A program made the translations under genes and the position numbers. Shown here in pieces: positions 48,825-59,573 of a stretch of DNA of 64,000 nt. The stretch is taken from the sequence record SRR31156797_3432; one strand, written 5' to 3'. The notes beneath the pieces are model-generated. The model was given only the letters and a program-made list of their open reading frames with translations, was not told where the DNA came from and ran no database searches. Position 1 is the first letter of the stretch; every line of letters begins with the position of its first letter.

Positions 48825-49442
48825 CTATTTCCAGAAGAAAACAGGAGACTTTGGTAATTTCAACATATGACGAATTGTACATATATCTTTAGCGACCATT
48901 TTCTTCAAGCATATAGTGAGAAGAAGTGCTGTGTATGCAGCGTCATATAGTGCTCTGTGTCTGTAAGTATCAGGGAGAGGTATATTCATGTCAAATTCAT
49001 GAATCAGATTGCTAAGCGAATAGCTTTTAAGCCCTTCGTGTGCGCTTTTGGCTAGCTTTACAGTGTCTAGAACCTTGCTGAGCGGATAGGTAATTGAAGC
49101 ATCTTCGCAGTGGTGCTCTACGAAGTTACAGTCAAATTTCGCATTGTGAGCAACAATGACTGAATCTCCGGCAAAATCAAAAAACTGCGGGAGAACATCT
49201 TTCGCTTCAGGTTTTCCAGCGACCATAGTTGTATTTATTCCGTGAACAGCATAAGCGTTATAAGGTATTGTTGTCTTTGGGTTTATTAATGTATTGAAAG
49301 TGTCATTCAGGTCGAGAACAAGCCCCGGCTTTACTTTGATCGCAGCGATTTCAACAAGCCTTGCACCTTTTTGCGGTGACATGCCTGTTGTTTCTGTATC
49401 AAAAACAGTAAAAGTTAATTCTGAAAAAGGTTTATCAAGCAT
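48825..49442 (-). CDS. DEDDh 3'-5' exonuclease (DnaQ/PolC-exo-like)
   Basis: VFDTETTG, AHNAKFD, HRALYDA. Confidence 0.9.
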   Translation of the reverse strand: MLDKPFSELTFTVFDTETTGMSPQKGARLVEIAAIKVKPGLVLDLNDTFNTLINPKTTIPYNAYAVHGINTTMVAGKPEAKDVLPQFFDFAGDSVIVAHNAKFDCNFVEHHCEDASITYPLSKVLDTVKLAKSAHEGLKSYSLSNLIHEFDMNIPLPDTYRHRALYDAAYTALLLTICLKKMVAKDICTIRHMLKLPKSPVFFWK

Positions 49443-50238
49443 CAAGTTCCTCAAAAAGTCTTATGAAGTCGTCCGTAGTCATCTGTTCGCCGCGAATGTT
49501 TGATGCCAGCCCCGCACGTTCCATAGCTTCTTCGTGACCTGGGTAGGATTTTAGGTTGTTATGCAGAGTCTTACGCTTCATATGGAATGATTTACGCACC
49601 ATATCTAAGAATGGTTTCTCACGTTCCGGCTCGAAGTATCTCTCTTTAGGATAAAACTCAAGTACAGTTGAGCGCACCTTGGTATTTGGCCAGAAATTAC
49701 CTCCGGAAATATCTCTTAGCTTGTTCATAGTAAAGTAGTAATTACTTATTACAGAGAGAGATGAATACTCTTTTGTGCTTATTTTTGCATTAATTCTGTC
49801 AGCAACTTCTTTTTGAAACATGAAAGTCATTTTTTCTATCTTATGAAAGAAGTTTACGCAGTGCATTAGTATTTCGACCGAGACGTTATATGGAAGGTTA
49901 CCAGCGAATGCAACCTTACCCTCTGGCAGTTGCTCTTCTTTTATCAACATAAAGTCTGAGTGAATAACCTCAAACCCTTTATATATAAAGAGGTATCTCG
50001 GTAAGAACTCAACCAGATCTTCGTCGATCTCAACTGCGGTCACCTTTGTGCCTTTTTCAAGCATTGCGTGTGTTAGAACCCCGCAACCCGGGCCGATTTC
50101 AACCACTTGCTTGCACTCAGCAGATGCGAGAGATTCAGCTATCATGTCTATAAATTGTTTGCTTGTGAGGAAGTGCTGACCAAATTTCTTTTTAGTAAAC
50201 TTGTCCTCATTTTTATAAATACTAAGCAGATCGAGCAT
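49435..50238 (-). CDS. rsmA: 16S rRNA dimethyladenosine transferase RsmA/KsgA
   Basis: KKFGQHFL, EIGPG, GNLPYN, FQKEVADR. Confidence 0.95.
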   Translation of the reverse strand: MLDLLSIYKNEDKFTKKKFGQHFLTSKQFIDMIAESLASAECKQVVEIGPGCGVLTHAMLEKGTKVTAVEIDEDLVEFLPRYLFIYKGFEVIHSDFMLIKEEQLPEGKVAFAGNLPYNVSVEILMHCVNFFHKIEKMTFMFQKEVADRINAKISTKEYSSLSVISNYYFTMNKLRDISGGNFWPNTKVRSTVLEFYPKERYFEPEREKPFLDMVRKSFHMKRKTLHNNLKSYPGHEEAMERAGLASNIRGEQMTTDDFIRLFEELDA

Positions 50239-51184
50239 TTTTCACCATCTCAACCGCCACGTCTACAGCTCTTATCAGGCTGTTGTGGTCGGCTATCCCT
50301 TTTCCAGCAATTTCAAAAGCTGTTCCGTGGTCTACGGATGTTCTGATAATCGGAAGATTGAGCGTCACGTTTACTGCATTTCCAAAAGCTTCAAGTTTGA
50401 CAGGTATTAAACCCTGATCATGGTACATTACAACAACAAAGTCATATTCACCTTTTGCCGCCTTCGGAAATAGTGAGTCAGCAGGGAAAGGACCTTCTAC
50501 ATCCATTCCGCCAGCTTTTGCAATATCTATTACAGGTTTTATTAATGTTATCTCTTCGTAGCCAAGTGCGCCTTTATCGCCAGCGTGCGGGTTAAGTCCG
50601 CAAACTGCTATCTTCGGCTGACGTTTTCCACAGAAGAATTGCCCAGCCTCGTGCGCATTAACTATTGCATTCATTATGCTATTTTCATCAAGCTTGTCAG
50701 TCAGTTCGTCCATAGGAACATGCGTTGTCGCAAGGACTGTTCGTATATTTTTTCCGACCATAAGCATTGAAAAGTTTCTGGTCTTAGTCAGGTAGCCTAA
50801 GAACTCTGTGTGCCCCGGGAAGTCGTACCCGCCCGCCTTTATTGATGCTTTATTAATAGGGCAGGTTACAACAGCGTCAACCTCGCCGTCCAGAGCCATC
50901 TTAACTGCTTTTTCGACACAGAGCATGGACGCCTTGCCGTATTCAGGCTTAATCATCCCGTGTTCAATGTCAAAGTCCATCTTTTCATCAGGTTCGATTA
51001 CGTTCATTTTTGGCTTAGAAGCCTTTAAAATAGAGTCAAATGAATTATTGAGCACTTTATCATATGATATAAATACAAGCTCAAATTCTTCTTTTCCGTT
51101 AAGCTCTTTAGCGAACTTACAAGCGATTTCAGGTCCAATGCCTGAAGGGTCGCCAACTGTTATTGCTATTTTTATCTTATCCAT
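50222..51184 (-). CDS. pdxA: 4-hydroxythreonine-4-phosphate dehydrogenase
   Basis: GDPSGIGPEI, GHTE, GLNPHAG, MYHDQG, RTSVDHGTA. Confidence 0.94.
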   Translation of the reverse strand: MDKIKIAITVGDPSGIGPEIACKFAKELNGKEEFELVFISYDKVLNNSFDSILKASKPKMNVIEPDEKMDFDIEHGMIKPEYGKASMLCVEKAVKMALDGEVDAVVTCPINKASIKAGGYDFPGHTEFLGYLTKTRNFSMLMVGKNIRTVLATTHVPMDELTDKLDENSIMNAIVNAHEAGQFFCGKRQPKIAVCGLNPHAGDKGALGYEEITLIKPVIDIAKAGGMDVEGPFPADSLFPKAAKGEYDFVVVMYHDQGLIPVKLEAFGNAVNVTLNLPIIRTSVDHGTAFEIAGKGIADHNSLIRAVDVAVEMVKNARSA

Positions 51185-51352
51185 AGCAAAGAGAATATCC
51201 CATCAGAGGTGTGGTTTCAAGTGTTAAAAACTTGCGTAAAAAAGTATCATATATATTATATTAACCATTTGAAATAGAACGTAATAAATTGTATTATGCA
51301 ATAACTTATGATCATTTTTGATGGTTAAAATCTTAAATATTCCGGAGTCGAA

Positions 51353-54187
51353 ATGCCACAGCTTACAAAAAACATATTTGAAGAGCTTTCAGAAAATATA
51401 CAAGGTGATGTTTACACCGACACCGTGCGGAGATATCTGCACTCCACAGACGGTTCATACTTTCGTGTGGAACCAGCATGTGTCGTCTATCCTAGAGATG
51501 TTGATGATGTAATCACAGCGGTTAAATTTGCATCAAGATACGGGCTTTCTATCCATAGCCGAGGTGCAGGAAGTGGTCTTTGCGGTTCTGCTATAGGTAA
51601 CGGTATTGTTCTCGATTTCGCTAAATACATGAACAGTATGGTGGAGCTTGATGTTGATGGTAAAACGTTTACCTGTCAGCCTGGGTTTAGATTCGGAGAG
51701 CTTGATGTTGAGCTTAAAGGTAAAGGGCTCTTCTTTCCACCTGACCCATCCAGCGGCGAATACGCTACTTTCGGCGGCATGTACGGAACAAATGCCAGCG
51801 GTGCTCACTCTGTTAAATACGGCAATGTAGCTGACTACATCGAGGATGCAGAGTTTGTCACAACTGAGGGGAAGGTTTATACTTTCAGCGGACTTATGGA
51901 GACAGAGTTTGACAAGCTGGACGAACCGTTTAAAAGGCTTGTTAAGCTTTATTACGATAACGCTGATGCAATCGAAAGTGGATATCCTAATATCAGATAT
52001 AACTCAAACGGATACAATCTGCGCCAGCTTATAAATGATGGGAAACTCTCACTGGGTAGGCTTTTCGGTGGCTCAGAGGGGACGCTGGCGGTTGTTACAA
52101 AGCTGAAATTCAAGCTTCTCGAAAAGCCGACTCACGATAGCCTTGTTGTCTGTTATTTTGATAACATTATTAATTCTGCAAAAGCTGTTCAGGCGGTTCT
52201 TCCGCTAGGTCCTGCCGGAATTGAGATAATGGATAAATCACTTATGGAGCTTGCTAAAGGTTCCGATGAAAAGCTTAATCAGGCTATCCCTTCCGGCTAC
52301 GACAATGTCTGTATGATCGAATTTGATGGCTATAGCGCTGAGGAGACTCAGAAGCTTGCAGAAGAGGCGAGGGCGATACTTGAGCGTGAGCAGCTCTCAC
52401 CTGAAATGCACATGGCTGCCACTGCTGAGGAGAAAGCAAAATTCTGGGCGGTGCGTAAAGCTGCTGTTCCGATTTTATATAAACTTAAAGGTAAGAAGAA
52501 GATATACGCTATCATCGAAGATGCGGCAGTGCCTACTGATAAGCTTGTTGAGTATTTTGAGGGGCTTTATGCCATCCTCGCCGAAAACAAAGCAGAGTTT
52601 GTCATCTACGGGCATATAGCAAAGGGACTTCTTCACACAAGACCTATGCTTGACCTTAAAGATCCACACGATATAGAGCTACTTAAGAAACTTGACGACC
52701 AGCTTTTTGAGCTTACTCAGAAACTTGGCGGTACTATCAGCGGTGAGCATGGCGACGGGCGTCTCAGAAGCTGTTACATTAAAAAACAGTATGGCGATCT
52801 TTACGATGTTTTCATCGAGGCGAAATCCATTTTTGATCCCGAGCGCAGGCTTAACCCAGAAATCAAGACTCATCACGATGAGTATCAGATGATGAAATAT
52901 CTCCGTTTCGGCTCAGATTACCGCAGTAACGACATGGCTGATAAGCAGCTTGTGTGGGCAGAGGGCTTTACCAGCGAGGCTGAGAAATGTCACGGCTGTT
53001 CGAAATGTACAACAGTGACAACAGCTACGAGGATGTGCCCAGTTTATAAAGTTACCAGAGATGAGTTTTCTGCACCTAAGGCTAAGGCGAATATACTTCG
53101 TGCGCTTATTAGTGGTGCTGTGGATGATAAAGCTATATATGAAAAAGCTTTACAGGAAGTTATAAGCCACTGTGTTGCCTGTGGAAGCTGTCATATCGAG
53201 TGCCCGTCAAACGTTAATATACCGAAACTCAGCATGGAAGCGAAAGCTCAGTATGTTAAGAAATTTGGCGTATCGCTCACCGACAGGATTCCTACAGAGC
53301 TTGAAACTATGGGGCGTAAACTTCGCAAAGTCACGTGGGCTCTCGAACCTGTGATGAGATTTAAAGCTTCCAGAAAAATGATGGAGCTAGGCTCCGGGAT
53401 AGCTGCTGAGCGCGAATTTGTACCACTTGAGAAGCAGTCACTTTTCGAACAGCTATCGGGGCATAAATCTCCGGAGGGCAACCTGAAAGTTCTTTTCTTT
53501 ACTGGTTGTTACGCAGGTTATGTCAGACCTTCTATCGGCATGTCAGCAGTTGAGGTTATGGAGGCGGCAGGTATTGAGGTTATCGTTCCTGAACAGCACT
53601 GCTGTGGGCTTCCGCATCTTTCAAAAGGTATGAAAGACGGCGCGAACAAAAAGATTAATCAAAACCTCGCCAGTTGGGGAGAACTCATTGATGAGGTTGA
53701 CTATATCGTTACTACGTGTACGTCATGCGGTCTTTCACTATACAAAGAGTGGGCGTATGTGGTTAATGACGAAATAATTGATAAAGTTAAAGAGAAACTT
53801 ATACATATAAGCACTTTGATAAATGATAGAAGGGACACACTGCAACTTGAAGGGGATGGTACTAAGGTGGCTTATCATAAGTCCTGTCACTTCCGTTCTC
53901 TCCCTGATAATGACAGTTCCATCACTCTTTTGAAAGGTATTGACGGTGTTGAACTTCAGGATCTTGCGAGCAACTGTTGTGGTATGGCAGGAAGCTGGGG
54001 TATGAAAGCTGATAACTATAAACTTTCCACTGAAATTGGAGCTCCGATGACAGATAAACTTAAGGATTCCGGTGCAAAATACGGTGTTACTGATTGTCCG
54101 ACCTGTACTATCCAGATGGATCATATGTGTGGTGGTAAACCTATTAAGCACCCGATTGAGGTTGTGGCTGAATGTCTGAAAAAATAA
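51353..54187 (+). CDS. FAD-binding plus Fe-S/CCG oxidoreductase (GlcD-GlcF fusion, YdiJ-like 2-hydroxyacid dehydrogenase family)
   Basis: RGAGSGLCG, PDPSS, GSEGTL, SGEHGDG, two CxxCxxC ferredoxin motifs, two CCG motifs. Confidence 0.88.
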   Translation: MPQLTKNIFEELSENIQGDVYTDTVRRYLHSTDGSYFRVEPACVVYPRDVDDVITAVKFASRYGLSIHSRGAGSGLCGSAIGNGIVLDFAKYMNSMVELDVDGKTFTCQPGFRFGELDVELKGKGLFFPPDPSSGEYATFGGMYGTNASGAHSVKYGNVADYIEDAEFVTTEGKVYTFSGLMETEFDKLDEPFKRLVKLYYDNADAIESGYPNIRYNSNGYNLRQLINDGKLSLGRLFGGSEGTLAVVTKLKFKLLEKPTHDSLVVCYFDNIINSAKAVQAVLPLGPAGIEIMDKSLMELAKGSDEKLNQAIPSGYDNVCMIEFDGYSAEETQKLAEEARAILEREQLSPEMHMAATAEEKAKFWAVRKAAVPILYKLKGKKKIYAIIEDAAVPTDKLVEYFEGLYAILAENKAEFVIYGHIAKGLLHTRPMLDLKDPHDIELLKKLDDQLFELTQKLGGTISGEHGDGRLRSCYIKKQYGDLYDVFIEAKSIFDPERRLNPEIKTHHDEYQMMKYLRFGSDYRSNDMADKQLVWAEGFTSEAEKCHGCSKCTTVTTATRMCPVYKVTRDEFSAPKAKANILRALISGAVDDKAIYEKALQEVISHCVACGSCHIECPSNVNIPKLSMEAKAQYVKKFGVSLTDRIPTELETMGRKLRKVTWALEPVMRFKASRKMMELGSGIAAEREFVPLEKQSLFEQLSGHKSPEGNLKVLFFTGCYAGYVRPSIGMSAVEVMEAAGIEVIVPEQHCCGLPHLSKGMKDGANKKINQNLASWGELIDEVDYIVTTCTSCGLSLYKEWAYVVNDEIIDKVKEKLIHISTLINDRRDTLQLEGDGTKVAYHKSCHFRSLPDNDSSITLLKGIDGVELQDLASNCCGMAGSWGMKADNYKLSTEIGAPMTDKLKDSGAKYGVTDCPTCTIQMDHMCGGKPIKHPIEVVAECLKK

Positions 54188-55401
54188 ACCCGCTGGTGGG
54201 GCTACTTATAGCTATCGTTACGCTAGTGTCTTCTATGCAGGCATTTGCCAATGAGGATGATTATATCGTAGGTCTGTCCGCTTTTAGAGATGGTTTGTAT
54301 GAGATATCAGCGCCAAGTTTTGAGGCGTATCTAACTGGCGAGACAGATGCTCGTAAAGCAAATTATGCACATTATCTTCTTTACAGGATTTATCTTGATG
54401 ATGAAAAGTATGAGCCATCTGTTAAGCATTTAGTTGCTCTCGATGAGGCTGATGACAGGCGCTTCGATCGCAAGAGGATGGGTAGAGATAAGATGCTTCT
54501 GCTCACTAAGACAGATTGCGGCGGTGCGACAAAGTTCCTATCTGTTGTACACGATGAAGAGGCGATAAACTATTATCTCGATTCCGACTGTAAGCCTGAT
54601 AGGGATGGACTTGATACTATCTTAAAGAATGTTAAATCTACTGAAACCATGCTTAAGATTGTGGCGAATTTCTCAGAAGATGTTGAAACAGTGAATACAA
54701 TATTTGACCTGCTTGAGCTTGATAAGATAGATGATAGGGCGAAAAAGTATTTCGCTTTATACTTTTATAAGCACGGTGATGACGTCCGTTTTGCTGAAGT
54801 AAGGTCTATATATGAAGATGCGGAGATAGTCGGCATAGACCTTGATAAGCTTTGGCAGTCCGGTGATAAAGATGCATTTATAGCTGGATATGAGAAGAAT
54901 AAAACTAAATATAAGCTGACAGGTGTTAATGCTTGCAGAGCTATAGATGTTTATAAGAAGAGCGGGAAGGAATTTGACTGCAATATAATAAATGAATGTA
55001 TGCAGAAGTATTCACTCGAGTTCGTTAAGGTGAAAGGTGCGTGCCTCGTTAAGTCTGGCGACAAGAAGAAAGTGACGGCATTTATCGATTCGCTCAAACC
55101 GAATATCTTTAAAGGGATGTGCGGTTACGGTGAATATATTTTTCATAATCAGATATATACAGGGAAGTCGCACAGTAAATTTTACGATTGTGATGAAAAG
55201 TATAAGATTGCTAAAATACTTATGAACAAAAAGGAATATCAGCCTGTCGTTAATATGTTCTTTAAAAAGACAAGAGATATGGACAGGTTTTACGCCGCAT
55301 CGGCTCTTCGCAAGCTTGGTAAGCAGAAGGCTGCGGATTCTACAGCGGCGAATATAAAAGATGCGGAGCTACTTGCTAAATATAAAGGCGGCAACATATG
55401 A
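54172..55401 (+). CDS. Hypothetical exported TPR-like helical protein, Cys-rich
   Basis: Signal peptide ending in AFA, helical-repeat character, 8 Cys. Confidence 0.65.
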   Translation: MSEKINPLVGLLIAIVTLVSSMQAFANEDDYIVGLSAFRDGLYEISAPSFEAYLTGETDARKANYAHYLLYRIYLDDEKYEPSVKHLVALDEADDRRFDRKRMGRDKMLLLTKTDCGGATKFLSVVHDEEAINYYLDSDCKPDRDGLDTILKNVKSTETMLKIVANFSEDVETVNTIFDLLELDKIDDRAKKYFALYFYKHGDDVRFAEVRSIYEDAEIVGIDLDKLWQSGDKDAFIAGYEKNKTKYKLTGVNACRAIDVYKKSGKEFDCNIINECMQKYSLEFVKVKGACLVKSGDKKKVTAFIDSLKPNIFKGMCGYGEYIFHNQIYTGKSHSKFYDCDEKYKIAKILMNKKEYQPVVNMFFKKTRDMDRFYAASALRKLGKQKAADSTAANIKDAELLAKYKGGNI

Positions 55402-56120
55402 AAAAATACCTCTTTATCTTCGTTGTGATAGTGATCATCGCCTCTGGATTTATCTATTCTCTAAATGATGAGAGCTATGAGTATTATGAAAAAGCTCAGG
55501 CACTTTATGATGAAGGGAAATATAGAGAAGCTCACGATTTGCTTGAAATAGGGCTTAGTATCAATAAATTAAACCGTAAAATAATTGCACTTAAAGGTAA
55601 GCTTTATCCTATTGTCGAAGGCGAGCAAAATCTCAGAGAGGCGACTCAGCTTTACGAAGAAGCAATCAACCTTGCTCTTAATGGTAAAGTTTCAGCAGCT
55701 AAGATATCTATGAGCAGGGCGTATGAGCTCGCATCTAAAATTACATCCAGCTCACTTGTAAAAGATGAGGCTGATGAATTGATTAGAAAGATAGCCCGTG
55801 ATGCCACTCTGGTATTAGAGAGTGCGCCTGATAAAGAGTTTAAGAACGCTTTGAAACACGAAAACGATGGCAAACTCCTGCGTGCTTACGAGGCTCTTAA
55901 TAATATTGATGTTCAGAACGAGAAGATTAAACGTAAAAAAAGTGATATAGCTTTCAGGCTGGCAGAGGATAGGTATAGAGGTATTAAAGGTAAAGATGTT
56001 GTGAGTGAGTATATCATAAGTGACGCTATTTACTGGTATTCTCAGGTTCAGCCATTCGATGAAAGATACGAAACTGCTGCCTCGAGGATCAGCGAACTCA
56101 GATTAATAAATACAAAATAG
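55398..56120 (+). CDS. Hypothetical membrane-anchored TPR-like protein
   Basis: N-terminal TM; YYEKAQALYDEGKYREA TPR-like pattern. Confidence 0.65.
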   Translation: MKKYLFIFVVIVIIASGFIYSLNDESYEYYEKAQALYDEGKYREAHDLLEIGLSINKLNRKIIALKGKLYPIVEGEQNLREATQLYEEAINLALNGKVSAAKISMSRAYELASKITSSSLVKDEADELIRKIARDATLVLESAPDKEFKNALKHENDGKLLRAYEALNNIDVQNEKIKRKKSDIAFRLAEDRYRGIKGKDVVSEYIISDAIYWYSQVQPFDERYETAASRISELRLINTK

Positions 56121-56130
56121 AGGAATTTAG

Positions 56131-57543
56131 ATGTCAGGATATGATTTTTCGGGAACAAAAGTTTTGATTATTGGCGATGTGATGCTTGATAGATACTATT
56201 TCGGTGGTGTTGATAGGATATCGCCGGAAGCCCCTGTTCCTGTTGTTAATGTTAAGACGAAAACACAAACGCTAGGCGGTGCCGGAAACGTTGCAAATAA
56301 TATCGCTCATCTACAGTCCGGAGCGGTGATAATAGGCTCATGCGGAAAGGATGCAGATGGGGTTTCTATTAAAGGGATTCTTGATGATATCAATACAAAA
56401 TATTGCTTTGTGGAGACTGAAAACCCAACCACAACAAAGCTTAGGGTCATTGGAGACAAACAGCAGATTGTCCGTGTTGACTTCGAAGAGATCACCCAGA
56501 TGAAAGGGAAATACGCAGAGAAGGCTATGGCGTGCATTTTAAAAGAGCTGGATGACTGCTCCGCTGTCGTTATCTCTGATTACGGTAAAGGATTTTGTAC
56601 TTTTGAGATTTGTGAAGAGGTAATCAGACTCGCAGGTAACAAAGGCTTACCTGTTATTGTTGACCCGAAAGGGGCGGACTGGCGGAAATACGCTAGAGCG
56701 ACTACCATTACCCCGAACGTTAAAGAGCTTGCAGAGGCTGTCGGCAGACCTGTAGCCAATGTTGACGAAGAAGTTGTATTAGCGGCGAGAGAGATAATAG
56801 AGAAGACCAGAGTTGACTATCTTGTTATCACCAGAAGTGAGAAAGGAATTAGTATAATATGGAAAGATGAATATATGCACATACCTACAGAAGCACGTGA
56901 AGTGTTTGATGTATCAGGTGCCGGCGACACAGTTGTTGCGTCACTCGCCCTCTGCCTCGGTATAGGCTTTGAGATCGGGGATGCTGTTAAAGTGGCGAAT
57001 AAAGCTGCTGGTATAGTAGTCAGTAAGATAGGTACTGCACCTGTCCTCCTTAGCGAGCTTAATGAATCTTTCAACGGTCAGTCGAAAGTGCTTGAGATGA
57101 ATCAGCTTAAAGCTTATCTTGCCCGCATAAGAGCTATGAAGAGGAAAGTTGTTTTCACTAATGGCTGTTTTGACATACTGCATAAAGGGCATGTGACCTA
57201 TCTCCGGAAAGCGGCGGCTATGGCGGATGTTTTTATCCTGGGTTTAAACAGCGATGCTTCGGTTAAGAGGCTCAAAGGTGAGAACAGACCTATTAACAGT
57301 GAGATGGACAGGGCAGAAGTTTTATCTGCGCTTGAATTTATAGATTTTGTTGTTTTATTCGAAGAGGATACGCCTTATGAGCTTATCAAGGTTATACAGC
57401 CTGATGTGCTTGTTAAGGGCGGTGATTATACCGTTGATGATGTTGTTGGGCGTGAATTTGCGAAAAAGACGACCATCATTGATTTCGTAGAGGGTTACTC
57501 TACAACTAAAACGATTGAAAGTATGCAGGGAGAGGATAAATGA
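56131..57543 (+). CDS. hldE: Bifunctional heptose-7-P kinase / heptose-1-P adenylyltransferase
   Basis: GDVMLDRY, RISPEAPVPV, DVSGAGDT, TNGCFDILHKGH. Confidence 0.95.
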   Translation: MSGYDFSGTKVLIIGDVMLDRYYFGGVDRISPEAPVPVVNVKTKTQTLGGAGNVANNIAHLQSGAVIIGSCGKDADGVSIKGILDDINTKYCFVETENPTTTKLRVIGDKQQIVRVDFEEITQMKGKYAEKAMACILKELDDCSAVVISDYGKGFCTFEICEEVIRLAGNKGLPVIVDPKGADWRKYARATTITPNVKELAEAVGRPVANVDEEVVLAAREIIEKTRVDYLVITRSEKGISIIWKDEYMHIPTEAREVFDVSGAGDTVVASLALCLGIGFEIGDAVKVANKAAGIVVSKIGTAPVLLSELNESFNGQSKVLEMNQLKAYLARIRAMKRKVVFTNGCFDILHKGHVTYLRKAAAMADVFILGLNSDASVKRLKGENRPINSEMDRAEVLSALEFIDFVVLFEEDTPYELIKVIQPDVLVKGGDYTVDDVVGREFAKKTTIIDFVEGYSTTKTIESMQGEDK

Positions 57544-58481
57544 TTGTAGTAACTGGCGGTGCCGGATTTATCGGAAGTAATATTGTTAAAGCACTCAATG
57601 AAAAGGGACGCAATGACATACTTATTGTTGATAACCTTAAAAATAGCGAAAAGCATCTCAACCTTAACAGGCTTGATTTTGCTGACTATATTGATAAGTC
57701 AGGTTTTTTCGATATATTCGACGACATTGCATCTGAGATAGAGATGGTTTTCCATCAGGGAGCCTGCTCTGACACTATGGAATCAGACGGTAAATATATA
57801 ATGGAGAATAACTATGACTATTCATGTGCGCTCTTTAATCAGTGCGTACAGGAGGAGATCAGGTTTATATACGCATCATCCGCATCTGTTTACGGTAACG
57901 GTGATGACGGTTTTATAGAGAAGCGTGAGTGCGAATACCCGCTGAATGTTTACGCTTTTTCTAAGTTTATGTTTGATAATTATGTGCGTAAGTTCCCTCA
58001 TGTGGTTAAGTCTCAGGTTGTTGGTCTCAGATATTTCAATGTTTACGGTCAGCAGGAGAACCATAAAGGGCGTATGGCATCAGTGATCAGGCACTTTTTT
58101 AACCAGTATAAAGAGAACAAAGAGATCAAGGTTTTCGAAGGAAGTGCGGACTTTCAGAGAGACTTTATATATGTAGATGACGTGGTTAAGGTAAATATGC
58201 ACTTCATGGAAAATTCATTTCTGAATGGTATTTACAACTGCGGAACAGGCAAATGCAGAAGCTTTGGCGACATTGCTGAGGTCTTTAAAAAGAGATATAG
58301 CGATGCGGTTGTCTCAGAGATCCCATTCCCTGAGTCGCTGAAAGGTAAATATCAAACTTACACTCAGGCAGATGTCGAAAAACTTCGTTCTGGCGGTTTT
58401 GAGGGTAATTTCCACTCACTTGAGGATGGTGTTAACGCTTACCTCGATATTCTTGAGGATACAAACGGCTACATAAAATGA
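57540..58481 (+). CDS. hldD: ADP-L-glycero-D-manno-heptose-6-epimerase
   Basis: VTGGAGFIGSN, HQGACSDT, YASSASVYG, YAFSK, HKGRMAS. Confidence 0.95.
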   Translation: MIVVTGGAGFIGSNIVKALNEKGRNDILIVDNLKNSEKHLNLNRLDFADYIDKSGFFDIFDDIASEIEMVFHQGACSDTMESDGKYIMENNYDYSCALFNQCVQEEIRFIYASSASVYGNGDDGFIEKRECEYPLNVYAFSKFMFDNYVRKFPHVVKSQVVGLRYFNVYGQQENHKGRMASVIRHFFNQYKENKEIKVFEGSADFQRDFIYVDDVVKVNMHFMENSFLNGIYNCGTGKCRSFGDIAEVFKKRYSDAVVSEIPFPESLKGKYQTYTQADVEKLRSGGFEGNFHSLEDGVNAYLDILEDTNGYIK

Positions 58482-59572
58482 CAGATCGCCGGCGTGTTTC
58501 CAAATTGCACAGACTTGCTGACAGATACGCCGGAATTCCGCTAATATTTCTCCCTTCGCTCTACAGAAAAGATAGGGGGCTGCCGGAGGATGTGAAGCGG
58601 ATATGCTTGATTAAAACTGCTGGCATAGGCGATACAGTGCTTATGAGTGCAGTTGTTAAAGATCTTTTAAAGCACTATTACGGTTGTAGAATCACAGTAA
58701 TCACCGGGATAGGGAACTATTACGCAGCTAAATTTCTTATAGGCAGGCTTGGCGACAGGATAGAGTTTAAAGTTGCTGACCTTTCTGATTTCAGCTCAAT
58801 CTTTGATCTCCGCCATTTAGAAGAGTACGACCTTTCGATAGATTTTGGTCAATGGCCTAGGTTTGACGCTTTTATCAGTATGCTTATCAAGAGTAAATTC
58901 AGAGTCGGTTTTAACCGTAAAAAACAGTATAGACACTATAACTATGATCTGGCTGTGGAGCACAGAAGCGACAGGCATGAGCTGAATAATTTCCGTGCGC
59001 TGGCAGAGTCCGTTGGTGTTTTCTGCTTATACGGCACAGATATAGACGAAGTGTATATTGAGGTTGAGATAGATGACAACTCGATTTGTATACACATGTG
59101 CGCATCCGGTTCCACCGGTAAAAAACGTATGTGGGGCATGGAGAAATGGGCGGAGCTGATACGCAAACTGGATGAAAAAGGGTATGAGATAGTTTTTACT
59201 GGAACATATTTTGAGAGAGACTATATTGAATCTGTGGCTGGTTTCGCAGGGCTTAAGCACTACAGGATGATGCTTGAGCGGCACTTTGAGGAGCTTGTTC
59301 CTATGCTTAAAAAGTGTGAGTATGTTATCTCTGTTGATACTGGGATAGCGCACCTTGCGGCGGCGTGCGGAGCGAGGCTTATTGAACTTCTCGGACCGAC
59401 TAATCCTGAAAGGTGGGGCGCACAGGGTGATAATGTGACATATGTCAGACCTGTATGTGTAGAAAAGATGCTCGACCTCGGAAACGAGAAAGATGCAGAT
59501 TTAGATGCTATGAATAGAATAACAGTTGATCAGGTTTTAATGCAGATTGTTGATTACGGTTCAGGAGAATAA
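58478..59572 (+). CDS. GT9 heptosyltransferase-like glycosyltransferase
   Basis: GIGDTVL, SVDTGIAHLAAA, GPTNPERW. Confidence 0.87.
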   Translation: MTDRRRVSKLHRLADRYAGIPLIFLPSLYRKDRGLPEDVKRICLIKTAGIGDTVLMSAVVKDLLKHYYGCRITVITGIGNYYAAKFLIGRLGDRIEFKVADLSDFSSIFDLRHLEEYDLSIDFGQWPRFDAFISMLIKSKFRVGFNRKKQYRHYNYDLAVEHRSDRHELNNFRALAESVGVFCLYGTDIDEVYIEVEIDDNSICIHMCASGSTGKKRMWGMEKWAELIRKLDEKGYEIVFTGTYFERDYIESVAGFAGLKHYRMMLERHFEELVPMLKKCEYVISVDTGIAHLAAACGARLIELLGPTNPERWGAQGDNVTYVRPVCVEKMLDLGNEKDADLDAMNRITVDQVLMQIVDYGSGE

Positions 59573-59573
59573 A

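Noticed and set aside
38498..49442. HD hydrolase, DHH phosphoesterase and DEDDh exonuclease as a defence system
   Set aside because: They are dispersed in separate housekeeping operons, with no linked cyclase, effector or mobile context.
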